Assembly (NCBI GenBank): GCA_020184695.1
Contig: JAANOX010000132.1
Location: 37,331-101,330, forward strand
Reading direction: 5' to 3'
Length of the DNA stretch: 64,000 nucleotides
Source of the DNA: Histomonas meleagridis 2922-C6/04-290x
Lineage: Eukaryota; Protista; Parabasalia
Shown piece after piece: positions 46,429-58,000 of the stretch. Position numbers and translations under genes: made by a program. The notes under the pieces are model-generated. The model saw nothing but the letters and a program-made list of their open reading frames with translations. It searched no databases and had not been told where the DNA came from. Position 1 is the stretch's first letter. Every line of letters starts with the position of its first letter.

Positions 46429-47520
46429 TTAAGCAAAGTTTTGCTCTAATGGGTTTTCGGGGTCTCTAAAATCTGCGTAAATATTACCATGTGCGTCATC
46501 GAAATCGTGTCTTTGATATGTATCGCATGGGTAATATAAGTCAGGCTCATTCATAGGCTTATGCTTCCTAATACAGTCCTCGGCGTCGGCATTAAATTTA
46601 TTATCTGCTTCATGGATATCTGAAGAAAATGCGTAAAAACTTTCTTCACCTCCGCTAAATATGTTGCTATTTAATGTCAAATCAGATAAATATGCATATA
46701 TTGCAGTGCCATTCATATCTGCATTGGTTCTAAGGAAACAGGATTTAGAAATTTCACTTTGATATTTCTCATGTGAATCGCGAATATAAATTGCACCTCC
46801 ATTAGCAGTCGCTTTGGTCTCAATAAATTTGCATTCGTACACATAGAGTGTCGATTTAGCTGCATATATGGCACCGCCACGTTGTCCATATGTTTTACTA
46901 AAAATGCAATTACGGAATATAATATCGGCACCATATGCAAATGCTGCTTGTGATGTTTCAAAGGTACAATCTTCAAACTCAACGCAGGTTTCACTGAGGG
47001 CTTTAAAGATTCGTCCACTATTATTTCGAAATACACAATTAACAAAAACCCAATGTCCTCCTGTTGTAGAAAAGAGATCATGGCTATTGTCTTCAAATGT
47101 GCAATCTTCAAAGACTACTTGTGGATATGTAGACCAACTATGTTCGCGACTCATTATTAGTTTACTAAAGTCACGGAATGTAAAGCCTTTGAATTTTCCC
47201 CATGTAAATTTGCGTTGGTTTTCAAGATAATACATAAGACCACCATTTAACATTTTGCCATCAATTATGGTACCGTCTTCATGAGCTACAAGTGTAACAT
47301 TATTTTGAACAGCACCTTCAATTAAATCTGAAAATTCACTGGGATACATAGTTGGATATATGATTTTATCACGAACGTATATAACATCAGCCATACGTAA
47401 AGTTAACATAGCTTCATTATAACTACATTCTTCATCGAAACAATTACCAACTCCTTGCATAGATGTATATAAATTGGTTGAATCACGACATAAAATTGAA
47501 CAAATAAAAGCAAATAACAT
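46429..47520 (-). CDS. Secreted pectin-lyase-like beta-helix / Pmp-like protein
   Basis: Short signal peptide; GGAIY (x2), GTAIY and FxxN motifs; repeated FxxCxF turns. Confidence 0.65.
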   Translation of the reverse strand: MLFAFICSILCRDSTNLYTSMQGVGNCFDEECSYNEAMLTLRMADVIYVRDKIIYPTMYPSEFSDLIEGAVQNNVTLVAHEDGTIIDGKMLNGGLMYYLENQRKFTWGKFKGFTFRDFSKLIMSREHSWSTYPQVVFEDCTFEDNSHDLFSTTGGHWVFVNCVFRNNSGRIFKALSETCVEFEDCTFETSQAAFAYGADIIFRNCIFSKTYGQRGGAIYAAKSTLYVYECKFIETKATANGGAIYIRDSHEKYQSEISKSCFLRTNADMNGTAIYAYLSDLTLNSNIFSGGEESFYAFSSDIHEADNKFNADAEDCIRKHKPMNEPDLYYPCDTYQRHDFDDAHGNIYADFRDPENPLEQNFA

Positions 47521-47855
47521 TTGACTTCAAACGTCACTTTTTCATTTGGCCAAATGAATTTTTTCGCTTTATTTCTCTTTAATCAAATCATATTTCATTA
47601 ATTCTATATACAATATTTTCTTTATCATGAAACTGAATTAAATTTTTATTTATGAACTCATATAAGTATGTGATTACTAATCGTAATCTTGAAATCTTTA
47701 ATTTATGGGGAATAAAAACATTCATCATTTGAAGATGCATATGATGCAGAGTAAAATATTATTGTTATTTTAAATTTAGGAATTTCCAAAAACGCAGTTC
47801 TGCGTTCAGTTTTACTTCAGTAACAACTGCTAACGGTTTGTACGTTAGTGAAAAA

Positions 47856-49829
47856 ATGGAATCTTCTGAAGTTTCGGTTCTCACGGTTCCATATGAAAAA
47901 AGATCCCCAATCATGCAGTCACAGGAGAGCCTCGATACTATCAAGAATTCCATAGAAGAAGTTCGTAATAATTTAAGTGGAATTATTCAACAACAGCTTT
48001 CTATTGAGCAAGAAAGAACCAATTTATTCAAAGAAATACGAACAAGATTTGATGAAGAGTTTTCTACAATTGAAGAAAAAGTAACAGAAGGAATGAATGA
48101 TCTTGAAGATGGATGGAAAAATTTACTAAATCAAAATCTTCCACTTGAATTTGAAAAAGCTCTTCGTCAACAAAAACAATCAACAGATGATGTTGTTGCA
48201 TTAAAACTAGCTTATATCAAAGATCTTCAACAAGAAGTCATGAAACGAGATCATGAGTATGTTAACAAGATTTCTGCCCAAAACAAACAAGTAGACACCT
48301 TTGTTCACCAAATGCGTACACAAGAAGAAGCAATTAGAACTAAAATTTCTGATGAATTACACAAAGTCAGATCTTCATTTGAGCAAGAAAAGACTCTTCA
48401 AATGGCCCAAATCGAACGAGAGATCAAACAAATCACAGCCAAACGTCAAGAGAAAGAAAAATCACTAAGTAATGAGATAGAAGAAATTGCCAAATCACAA
48501 CGAGACACACTTGAAGAAATCCGTCAAACATCTGCTGAGAAGTATATGAGTCTTCGTACCGAGTTTGCCACCAAGCTTCAAAACATGCAAAAACAATATG
48601 AAAATTCAATTGCCGAATATCAATTTTCTCTTGAGCAACTTGAATACTATCTTAAAATCCTTCAAGAGAACGAAGAGGAACATGAAGAAAAAGTCAAACT
48701 TCAAATGAAGAAACTAATTCGTCAACGTGATACGTTACGCGATCTTAAAAAACGATATGAAATTGAGGACAAAGAATTCGAGCGACAAAATTCCGAAATT
48801 ACAAAAGATTATAAACGCATCGCACAGTCATATCGCGAGTATCAAACTCGTTTTCGAAATGTTGCATACAATGATTTCAACGCTTTTCGTAAAGTATGGA
48901 ATTTAAACGAAAAGCGACTACACGAACTTGTTTTGAAGGCGTTAGAAGCAGATCGTGTTGTTATGGAACAAGAATTAGGGAAACCATCACGAAAAACAGA
49001 TCCCATTTATTTGCAGCGTGAAATCTTAAGTTCCAAAGAGTTTGAAGGATTAATTAAATCTCCAACTACAACATCAACAACGACAAATAGTGAAAATGAT
49101 ACAAATCAAAAACAAAATGTTACAACTACAACAAGTCCTACAACAACTTTATTAAAGAATCAAACACTTAGTGAACCACTTGAACACTTATGGCGACTTG
49201 TATCTGATGAAGTTGGGTTTTTAGTTGATGAACGAGTTAAAGATCTCATTGGAATTGATGAGAAAAGTCAAGATTTAATACGAGTTGATCTTTTATTACA
49301 AGACTTAGGCATTACACAACAAGAAGATATTGAGCAACTTTTGTCATATTTCTTGAAAGATACTGAATTTGGTGAACTTGAAACACCGGGTTTTGTAAGT
49401 CCGCATGAAGTATTAGAAGGATTAAGGAAATTTGTAGACGAATATCATCCGAAATCTCAACAAAATCAAACGAATCTTTATACACAAATCACTGTAAATG
49501 CAACACAGAATACTTCGAGTGAAGTAGCAAAAGCAATTATGCAATTACAACAAAAAATGAAAAAGGATTTCATTAACCAAAGAAAGTTTTACGAAAAAAA
49601 AGGAGGAGTGATAACTGAGGAAATGTGGAGAGCTTGGAACACTTGTTTTAAGGCTTTGCAAAGATATGTGGCGGAGCTCGAAGAAAGAGCAAAGTTAATC
49701 GAAGAGGTGGAAAAGTTAAAGACACAAAACGCTGAGTTCGAAATGATATTGTCGCAATATATACAATCAGAGAATAACGACGCGTTGATATATGCACCTG
49801 CTGAAACAGTGGATTTTCAAACAATGTAA
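47856..49829 (+). CDS. DRC1: Dynein regulatory complex subunit 1 (DRC1/CCDC164-like)
   Basis: Coiled coil with LEQLEYYLKIL, ALEADRVV.EQELG and C-terminal ALQRY..ELEERAKLI.E...LK.QNAE...LSQY. Confidence 0.75.
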   Translation: MESSEVSVLTVPYEKRSPIMQSQESLDTIKNSIEEVRNNLSGIIQQQLSIEQERTNLFKEIRTRFDEEFSTIEEKVTEGMNDLEDGWKNLLNQNLPLEFEKALRQQKQSTDDVVALKLAYIKDLQQEVMKRDHEYVNKISAQNKQVDTFVHQMRTQEEAIRTKISDELHKVRSSFEQEKTLQMAQIEREIKQITAKRQEKEKSLSNEIEEIAKSQRDTLEEIRQTSAEKYMSLRTEFATKLQNMQKQYENSIAEYQFSLEQLEYYLKILQENEEEHEEKVKLQMKKLIRQRDTLRDLKKRYEIEDKEFERQNSEITKDYKRIAQSYREYQTRFRNVAYNDFNAFRKVWNLNEKRLHELVLKALEADRVVMEQELGKPSRKTDPIYLQREILSSKEFEGLIKSPTTTSTTTNSENDTNQKQNVTTTTSPTTTLLKNQTLSEPLEHLWRLVSDEVGFLVDERVKDLIGIDEKSQDLIRVDLLLQDLGITQQEDIEQLLSYFLKDTEFGELETPGFVSPHEVLEGLRKFVDEYHPKSQQNQTNLYTQITVNATQNTSSEVAKAIMQLQQKMKKDFINQRKFYEKKGGVITEEMWRAWNTCFKALQRYVAELEERAKLIEEVEKLKTQNAEFEMILSQYIQSENNDALIYAPAETVDFQTM

Positions 49830-50455
49830 TTTAATAAATATTGTTATGGGATTTGTAAAGATTATTATGTGCACAAATTTATTTTGATTCGAATAAATAT
49901 TTATGTAAATTATCAAATTGTTAATGATAATATATTATATTCATTTACATAGAATATTGCATAAAAAAGTTAGAGAGTTATTCAAGTAAATGTTTTTTAA
50001 ATTTTCACATTTACGTATAGATATTTGCGGATAAATTTCATTTAGGTTGTACTCCGCTGAAAAAAAAAAAAAAAAAAAATATTGTTTTGTTAATAGATCA
50101 ATACACGTTTATAATTTTAATTTGTAAATTCAAAAAATATACATAATTATTAATGCTCTTTGTGAAATACTAAATTATTTTAATTTTAATTCTTTCATGA
50201 TAGATAATCAATCTCACTTCAAATCAAAAAATTGTAAAATCTCTCTATTACATTTTTTGAAATTATATAAAATTTTGATTTAATTAATATTGAGTTCTAT
50301 TATTTTATATTCAAAACATCATGAATATTGATTTTGGAATAGAATAAACAACATATTAATTCCAATTGATGCTACTAGATTATTTCAGCTTGAAGAACGC
50401 ATTTCTAAATGCATCGTTCCGTCTTTTCTATCAAAAAGTCAAATAAAAAATATTA

Positions 50456-53016
50456 ATGCATGGTGGCATCTCTTCAGCTCAAATAACGACTTCAACAAAT
50501 AATTCAAAAAGAGGAAGTGAAAGAAAGAAAAGTCAAAATGTTTACCTGGAATTACTTCTTGCACTTGAACATATAATATTTAATTTAACGAAAGAAACTC
50601 TTCACTCATTAATACAAAAAACTCTAGATTTACTTGATACAAATTTACCTTATTCATTTAATATTAATATAAGTAAATTGATTTATTTAGCTTTTGTATC
50701 ACGAAAGAACAAAAGTTCTATTTATATTAATTATTTGAAATCAATTCAAGTTAAAGAAGAAGAAATGAAGAAAAGTAATTCCAAAATATTTGATTTTTTT
50801 ATTGAATACATCTCCAATATTAAATCACAAGAATCAAACTATCTAATTGCTAAAATAATTGATCTAAATTTAGTTCATAAAGATATCATAATTAAAAATA
50901 AATCGAAATATTTTGCACATTATAAAACAGAAAAAGAAAGCAAACAAAGATATTTTCAACCTTTTGAGATAACTTTTATTAACAATTATGAAGAACTTTC
51001 AAAGAATGATTGGGAACTTCATAAGAAATATGTTAAAGAAGGACATAATCCAAATGAAATTGCGAAAATAATTCGAAATGATGAAGTAGAAAAACTTCGA
51101 GAAATATCTACTGAAACAAATTTTGATTATAATCAAATAATTGATTCATCACTTTATGAAAGATGTTCATTTATTAACGAAGATGATGTTACATTAATTG
51201 ATTATGCAGCATTTTTTGGATCAGTTAAATGTTTTAAATATTTACTTATGAATAATGCAAATGTAATAAACACAGGTAAATATGCAGTTGCAGGTGGAAA
51301 TGAAGAAATCATTCATTTATGTGAACAAAATCATTCAACATTTAAAGATGCATATAAAACAGCAATTGAATTTCATCGAAATTATATTTTTCATTATCTT
51401 TATGTAAATAATATTGGGAAAATTAAAGATTTACAGAAATTAGGAAGAAAATGTGTTTTATATTATAATTATGAAATTTTATTGTTTTTACTTGAGAAAG
51501 GAATGGAAATTAATGATGATATTATTAATGAATCAGCAAAAATTGGAAATATTTTTCTTACAAAATATTTCTTTGACGAATATTATATTCCAAAAAATGT
51601 TTTAATTTTTTCTGCAAAATCAGGAAATATTGAATGCTTTGAATATATTTTAAGAAAAGATATATTTGATATTAATGCTAAAGATATTTATTTGTTTTAT
51701 TTAAGATTTATTTTAATAATTTGATATTCTACAACAATATTTGGAAATTATTTAAATTATCTCAAACAGCACTTATGAATGCGTCTGCATTTGGTCATAC
51801 AGAAATAGTTGAATTACTTATTGAACAAGAAGGAATTGACATTAACACTAAAAATATATATTTACTTAATTTATTATTTTTTTGAATAATTTTATATTTC
51901 AAAATAATATTTGAAAATTATTTAAATTATTTAATACAGCACTTATTTTAGCATCTTATAATGGTTATACAGAAATAGTTAAAATACTTCTTAATCAAGA
52001 AGGAATTGATATTGATACTAAAAATTTTTGTTTTATTAATTTGAAATTTATTATCATAATATGAAAATTAAAAATAATATTTGGAATTTTTTTAAAATAT
52101 TTAACACAGCACTTATGTTTGCATCAGAAAACGATCACATAGAAATAGTTCGTTTACTTCTTGAACAAGAAGGAATTGATATTGATGATAAAAATTTTTG
52201 TTTTATTTATTTGAACTTTATTATAATAATATGAAAATTAAAAATAATATTTGGAAATTGTTTTAAATATTTAATACAGCATTTATATTAGCATCTTGGA
52301 ATGGAAATACAGAAATCGTGAAATTACTTCTTGAACAAGAAGGAATTGATGTTAATGCTAAGGGTATTTATTTGTTTTATTTTATATCTATTACAATATT
52401 TTGAAACATCAAAATATTTTTTGGAAATTATTTTAAATATTTAATACAGCATTTATATTAGCATCAGAAATTGGTTATATAGAAACAGTTCAATTACTTC
52501 TTGAGCAAAAAGGAATTGATATTAATGCTAAAAATTTTTAAATGATTTATTTGAATTTTATCATAATATTTTGTTATTTCAAAATAATATTTGGGAATTA
52601 TTTTAAATATTTGATACAGCACTTATGAATGCATCTTTATACGGCCATACAGAAATAGTTAAATTACTTCTTGAACAAAAAGGAATTGATATTAATGCTA
52701 AAAATATTTAGATAATTTATTTATAATTTATTTTAATGATTTTATGTATAAAAATAATATTTGGAAATTATTAAAATAATTTAAAACAGCACTTATGTTA
52801 GCATCTTCAAATAATAAAATAGAAATCGTTAAATTACTTCTTGAACAAAAAGGAATTGATATTAATGCTAAAGATAATATTTATATTAATAATTTGCAAT
52901 TTCAAAATAATATTTGGAAATAATTTAAATTAATTCAATCAGCCCTTATAATGGCATCTGCAAATGGTCATATAGAAATAGTTAAATTACTTCTTGAACA
53001 AGAAAAGGCTATTTAA
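50456..53016 (+). CDS. DUF3447-like + ankyrin-repeat protein, 31 inserts (ankyrin gene 5)
   Basis: Cleanest case: 170-nt period = 102 coding + 4x17. Restored hairpins KDKDGQTAL, KNIYENTAL, KNEEGNTAL, KNEEGNTAF, KGYEGNTAF, KNEVGDTAL, KNIYGKTAL, KDNAGQSAL; stop 53014-53016. Confidence 0.82.
51686..52935 (+). other. Array of 17-nt inserts (gene 5)
   Basis: GAT[51686-51702]AAG[51706-51722]GAT[51726-51742]GGA[51746-51762]CAA ACA; D codons at 51683, 51853 ... 52873. Confidence 0.9.
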
Positions 53017-53338
53017 TAAAATTAATGCTCTTCGCAATCTGTTAATATTATCTTATTTTGTTTGCATTTTTGCGATCAAATAATGCATAGTTTTATTTTT
53101 GATCTGAACAAACCTTTATAAAATCCAATTTTTTCTAAAGATATCTTTAAAAATTTGTGGAAAAGTTTTTGTTCAAAAACATAGTGTTTATGATTTTTCT
53201 TTGAATTTTACTTATTTTGAATTGCTTATTCTTTTATTTTTCAAATATTTTTGATTACAATTATTATTAACATAAATGAATTTGGCAAAAAGAGACATTT
53301 TTTTTACATATTTATTAGTGTATTAGAAATTAATATAA

Positions 53339-53643
53339 GGCACCAATGTTAATGTAATAGAAATTCGCCCAAATTTTTCAATATTTACATCTCATAATAA
53401 TATTTGAAATATATTTAAATTGTTTAATACTCCACTTATAAGTATATAGTTGCATCTCAATGTAATAATTTTGAAATTGTTAAATTACTTCTTTACCAAA
53501 ATAAAATTGATGTTAATATTAAAAATATTTTTTTTGTTTTATATAAAATTTTCTTGAATAATTTGATGTTTTTATCAAGGATTTAAAAATTACTTAAATT
53601 ATTTGAAACAGCTCTTCACACCGCATCTTTCAAGTGGTATTAA
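53339..53643 (+). pseudogene. Orphan ankyrin fragment carrying about 7 inserts
   Basis: Two interrupted hairpins (ENIYENTPL, KNKDKETAL), an extra frameshifting insertion near 53440 and an early stop; no N-terminal domain. Confidence 0.65.
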
Positions 53644-53717
53644 GGTTTGAGATAAATTAACTATGTTTGTTCGTCTCCATAACTGGTCAAATGTTTCCAC
53701 AACGGTTTTGACATTTC

Positions 53718-54467
53718 ATGATTCTTTCGATTTCCATTATAACAAAGAAAGGAAGAACCTTAGTTGCACGCCAATTTAATCACTTGACGAGGAGTCAAGT
53801 TGAAGGAAATTTGAGTGCATTTCCAAAACTTATCACAAATACGAGTCAATCATATATCGAAACAGAATCAATTCGTTATGTATTTCAAGACATCGGAGAT
53901 CTCTATTTCATATTAATGACAACAAAAGATTCAAACATTTTAGAAGATCTTGATCTTTTAAATTTATTAATTGAAGTTACACGTGAAGTATTAAAGGATC
54001 AAAACAATCAAATCACAGAAAAGTCCGTTGTTAATTCCGCTATTGATTTAATTCTTGCTTACGATGAATGTATATTTGATGGATATCGACAAACAGTTAC
54101 ATTAGAAGATGTTAAAACATTTTTGTTAATGGAATCCAAAGATGAAGATGAAGCTATTCGTACACGTGAGCTTCAAGAACAAGAAGCGAAGAGAGAGCGT
54201 GATCAACGTATCAAAGAGATTGAGAAACAGAAGAAGCTTCAAGCGGCAATGAACAAGAACCTCGGCTCATCATCTTCAGCGTCATCAAGTTATGCTGCGC
54301 CGTCATATTCTCCATCAAGCGTAACGGTCGTTCCGGATATTTCAGAGCAACCGGCCAAACCGCGCCGTCCTAACGTTCACGGGGGTGGTATGGTTCTTGG
54401 CAAGAAGGCGACAGCACGAGAACGTGCACAACAAATGATTCGTGAAGAAGGTCTTACACCGGAGTAA
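53718..54467 (+). CDS. ARCN1: Coatomer delta subunit (longin domain + helices; no mu-homology domain)
   Basis: MILSISIITKKGRTLVARQF, IETESIRYVFQ, TTKDSNILEDL, MESKDE, GMVLGKK; ends at aa 249. Confidence 0.88.
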   Translation: MILSISIITKKGRTLVARQFNHLTRSQVEGNLSAFPKLITNTSQSYIETESIRYVFQDIGDLYFILMTTKDSNILEDLDLLNLLIEVTREVLKDQNNQITEKSVVNSAIDLILAYDECIFDGYRQTVTLEDVKTFLLMESKDEDEAIRTRELQEQEAKRERDQRIKEIEKQKKLQAAMNKNLGSSSSASSSYAAPSYSPSSVTVVPDISEQPAKPRRPNVHGGGMVLGKKATARERAQQMIREEGLTPE

Positions 54468-55001
54468 GGAGTATGGATTTGAAGTAAACATTTGAAAAGT
54501 TAGAAAAAAAATATCTATCAAAAGTGACAATGCTTCTCAAAAAGTGGTATCGGATGATAAGTTTGCACGTTTACTATTGTCACTTTTGACAATGTGTTTT
54601 TTTTTGTCTGGTGAAATATTTCTTTATGCCAAAGCAATTTTTTCGGCCAAAAATGTTTGTTTCAAAAATGCGGTTAAATTCATACTTTATTTGTTGGAAC
54701 GTGGCTATGCACAGAGATTCCCTTCATTCTTCAAACCAGTCACTTTTCTATCGGTGTCTCTCAAATTTTGTATAACGAATGATGATGAAATTTTCTGAAT
54801 ATTGGCTGCCAATACAGGAAAGCTTCTGCTTTAGGGTTTCATTCTTTGTAATAAAAATGTTTTAAAATTTGAATTCTAATTTTGTGTAAGTAAACCAGTT
54901 ACATGTTTATGTTTCACGATTGATGTTATTTTTTTAACGGACGATACAGAGCTGAGGTTTATTATGATCAATTTTTGGTTTGTTATTTGGTCATTTCAAA
55001 A

Positions 55002-58000
55002 ATGTACCAGAAAAACGAAGAAAGGAACTTATATTTTTTAAAGAGTTTGCAAAACACTATAATTAAATTAGGTGATGAGAACTTTGAAGAATCCATTCAA
55101 TTTACAATGAATTTATTTGATTACAATTTTCCACATACTTTTGTTTTTGTGATTTGTCATATGACTTATACTTCATTTTTATCTCGTAAAAAAGAACCAA
55201 AAATTTATTTGCGATATTTGAAAACAATAGAAGAGAAAATTAATTTTGAAAATAAAGGCGAAATTAAGATATTTGATGTTTTTTATAATTGTATAAGCAA
55301 ATATAATTCACAAGAATCATATTATCTTATTGAAACAATGTTAGAAGAAAATTTAATTTGTCCTAATTCATATATACAAACAGCATATTTTGCACATCGT
55401 TTATCTGAAGAAGAACTTCAAAACTTATCATATAAAAATCAAAATTATCGTTTATATGAATTTTTTGTTGAAAATTATGTAAATCTTCAAAAAGATAATT
55501 GGAAACTTCAAAAAAAATTTGCACACGAAGGAGTTAATCCATTAGATATTATAAAAGCAATACGAAATGACGATATAGAAAAGTTACAAGAAATTTCATT
55601 ACAAGATAAATTCGATTTTAATCAAACTATTCAACCATCAATTTTTGAAAGGTGTTCTTTTATTAATGATGGGCATCATATTAATATTGCTGATTATGCA
55701 GCATTTTTCGGATCGATTAAATGTTTTAAGTTTATACAAATGAATGAAAAAAATTTATCAGCGTATGGAAAATTTGCTGTTGCAGGTGGAAATCTTGAAA
55801 TTTTTCATTTATGTGAACAAAATAATTCATCATTTGATGGATCATATGAAGCTGCAATCGAATTTCACCAAAATGATATCTTTAAATATATTTATGAAAA
55901 TAATATTATTCAATTAAGTAATATTAATAACTTAATTAGTGAATGTATAAATTATGATAATTATGAAATTTTGTCATTTCTAGAAGAAAAAATTGGTGAA
56001 AACGTTGATTTTATTATAAACAAATCTGCTTTCGTTGGAAATATATATCTTGTTAAGCATTTCCAAGAAGTATATGAACTACCTAAAGATATCTTAGTTT
56101 ATTCTTTAAAGTCACAAAATCTCGAACTTATAAATTATATTCTTGAGCAAGAAAATATTGACTTCAATGCTAAGGATAAAATTTCTTTTTCATTCTTGTT
56201 TTATTTTGTATCATAAAATTTTGATTTAATATTTGGAATTTTTTTTATGTTTTTGCTACGCCACTAATTTTAGCATCTAAATATAATTTTATTGATGTTG
56301 TAAAATTTCTTCTCAAGAAAAACATTAATATCAATTCTAAAACAATTTATTTATTGGTTAATATGTTTATAGTATTAATAGAATGATGATTTTTAATAAT
56401 ATTTAAAATTAATTAAAAACATTTTCAACAGCACTTATTGAAGCTTCTCAAAATGGGTTCATTGATATTGTTAAATTGCTTCTTGACCATGATATGATTA
56501 ATATCAATGCTCATACCTTATATTTGTTTAATTTTATGTTTATATTAATAATCTGGTATTTTAAAATTATAATTAATTTTTGTTTTTCTAATTTTATTCA
56601 GCTATATCTTATGCAGTTATGAATAATCACAATGAAATTGCTGAATTATTACTTGGTCGGAAAGAAATTGATGTTGATTCTAAAAGTGTTTCTTCTAAAT
56701 TTTTTTTATTTCTATATATTACTTAAAATTTATTCAAAATTTTCTCTTTACCATTAATTGCATGTTTATATGGTAATATAGAAATTCTAAAACTACTTTT
56801 TAGTAAGTATAAAATTGATCCAAATTCAAAATATGCATATAATAATGATTTGATTTTTCATCTCAAAATTTGGAGTTTTATCTGAATAATTAAAACTTTA
56901 CTTATGTATTCATGCGAAAATGATTATATAGAAATAGTAAGTTTTCTTCTCGACCAAAAAGGAATTGATATCAATGCTAAAAGCATTTAATAATATTTTT
57001 TAATCTTTATTTCTAAAATTTTTTGTTTCTAGGAAATATTTGGTGTTTGTTTCTTAATATTCGTACTGCTTTAATGATAGGAATTAAAAATAATAGGACA
57101 AATATTGTTAAATTACTTCTTGAACAAGAAAATTTAGAAATTAATAGACCTGATATTTACTTAGTTTGTTAAAAGTTTAACTTACTGATTCTTAATTTCA
57201 TAAAAATATTTAAAATTTCCTTGTATATATTTAAAACAGCATTAATGATAGCATGTAAAAAAGATAATTTTGAAGTCGTTAAATTACTTCTTGATAAAGG
57301 ATGTAAGAATATTAATGCTAAAGATAATTATTTTTAATTTTTAATATAGATTTATAATTTCCACGATTACAATGTAATATTTGGAGTTATTTTGTGTGTT
57401 TTAATACAGCGCTTATGTTTGCATCCAAAAGTGGATCAAAAGAAATCGTAGAACTACTTTTGGAACAACAAAAAATAAATGTAAATGCTCAAAATATATA
57501 TTTAATTTACACGATGTTTATTTTTACAATTTAATATTTCAAACTAATTCATGGTATTGATTTAATTAATAAGAAACATCACTTATATTAGCAATCAATA
57601 GAGGACATGAAGAAATAGTAAAGTCACTTCTTAAACAAAAGAAAATAAATATTACAATTAGAAATGTTAAATCACTATATTTAGAAACAATATTATAAAA
57701 AAATTTCTGGGAATTATTTAAAATACATAAAACTATACTTATGATGGCTGCTGAAAATAATCAACCAAAAATTGTTAAATTACTTCTTGAAAAAGAAAAA
57801 ATTGAAATCAATGCAAAAAATGTTTTAAAATTTTAATTGGAATTTATTTTACTTATTTATTTCACAATAATACTTGGAATATATTCAAATTTCGTGAAAC
57901 AGCACTCATGTTAGCGTCAGAAAAAGGTTGTCCTGAAGTCGTTAAATTACTTCTTGAAGATGAAAGAATTGATATCAATATTAAAGGCATTTGTTATTTT

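Noticed and set aside
51686-51762. One 68-77-nt canonical intron per ankyrin repeat
   Set aside because: No GT-AG or ACTAAC, and a single excision cannot keep the internal Gly codon or explain the 17-nt steps in length.
51896-51917. Hairpin TTTCAAAATAATATTTG(G/A)AAA across insert 3 and the Gly codon as the processing signal
   Set aside because: Present in only some repeats, absent from inserts 1, 2 and 4, and easily produced by chance in AT-rich DNA.
51606-53016. 170-bp periodic array as CRISPR or satellite
   Set aside because: The conserved part encodes ankyrin repeats; eukaryotic context; no cas genes.
56365-56381. One insert reads GT...AG (GTTTATAGTATTAATAG)
   Set aside because: A single case among about 200; expected by chance since many inserts start GT.
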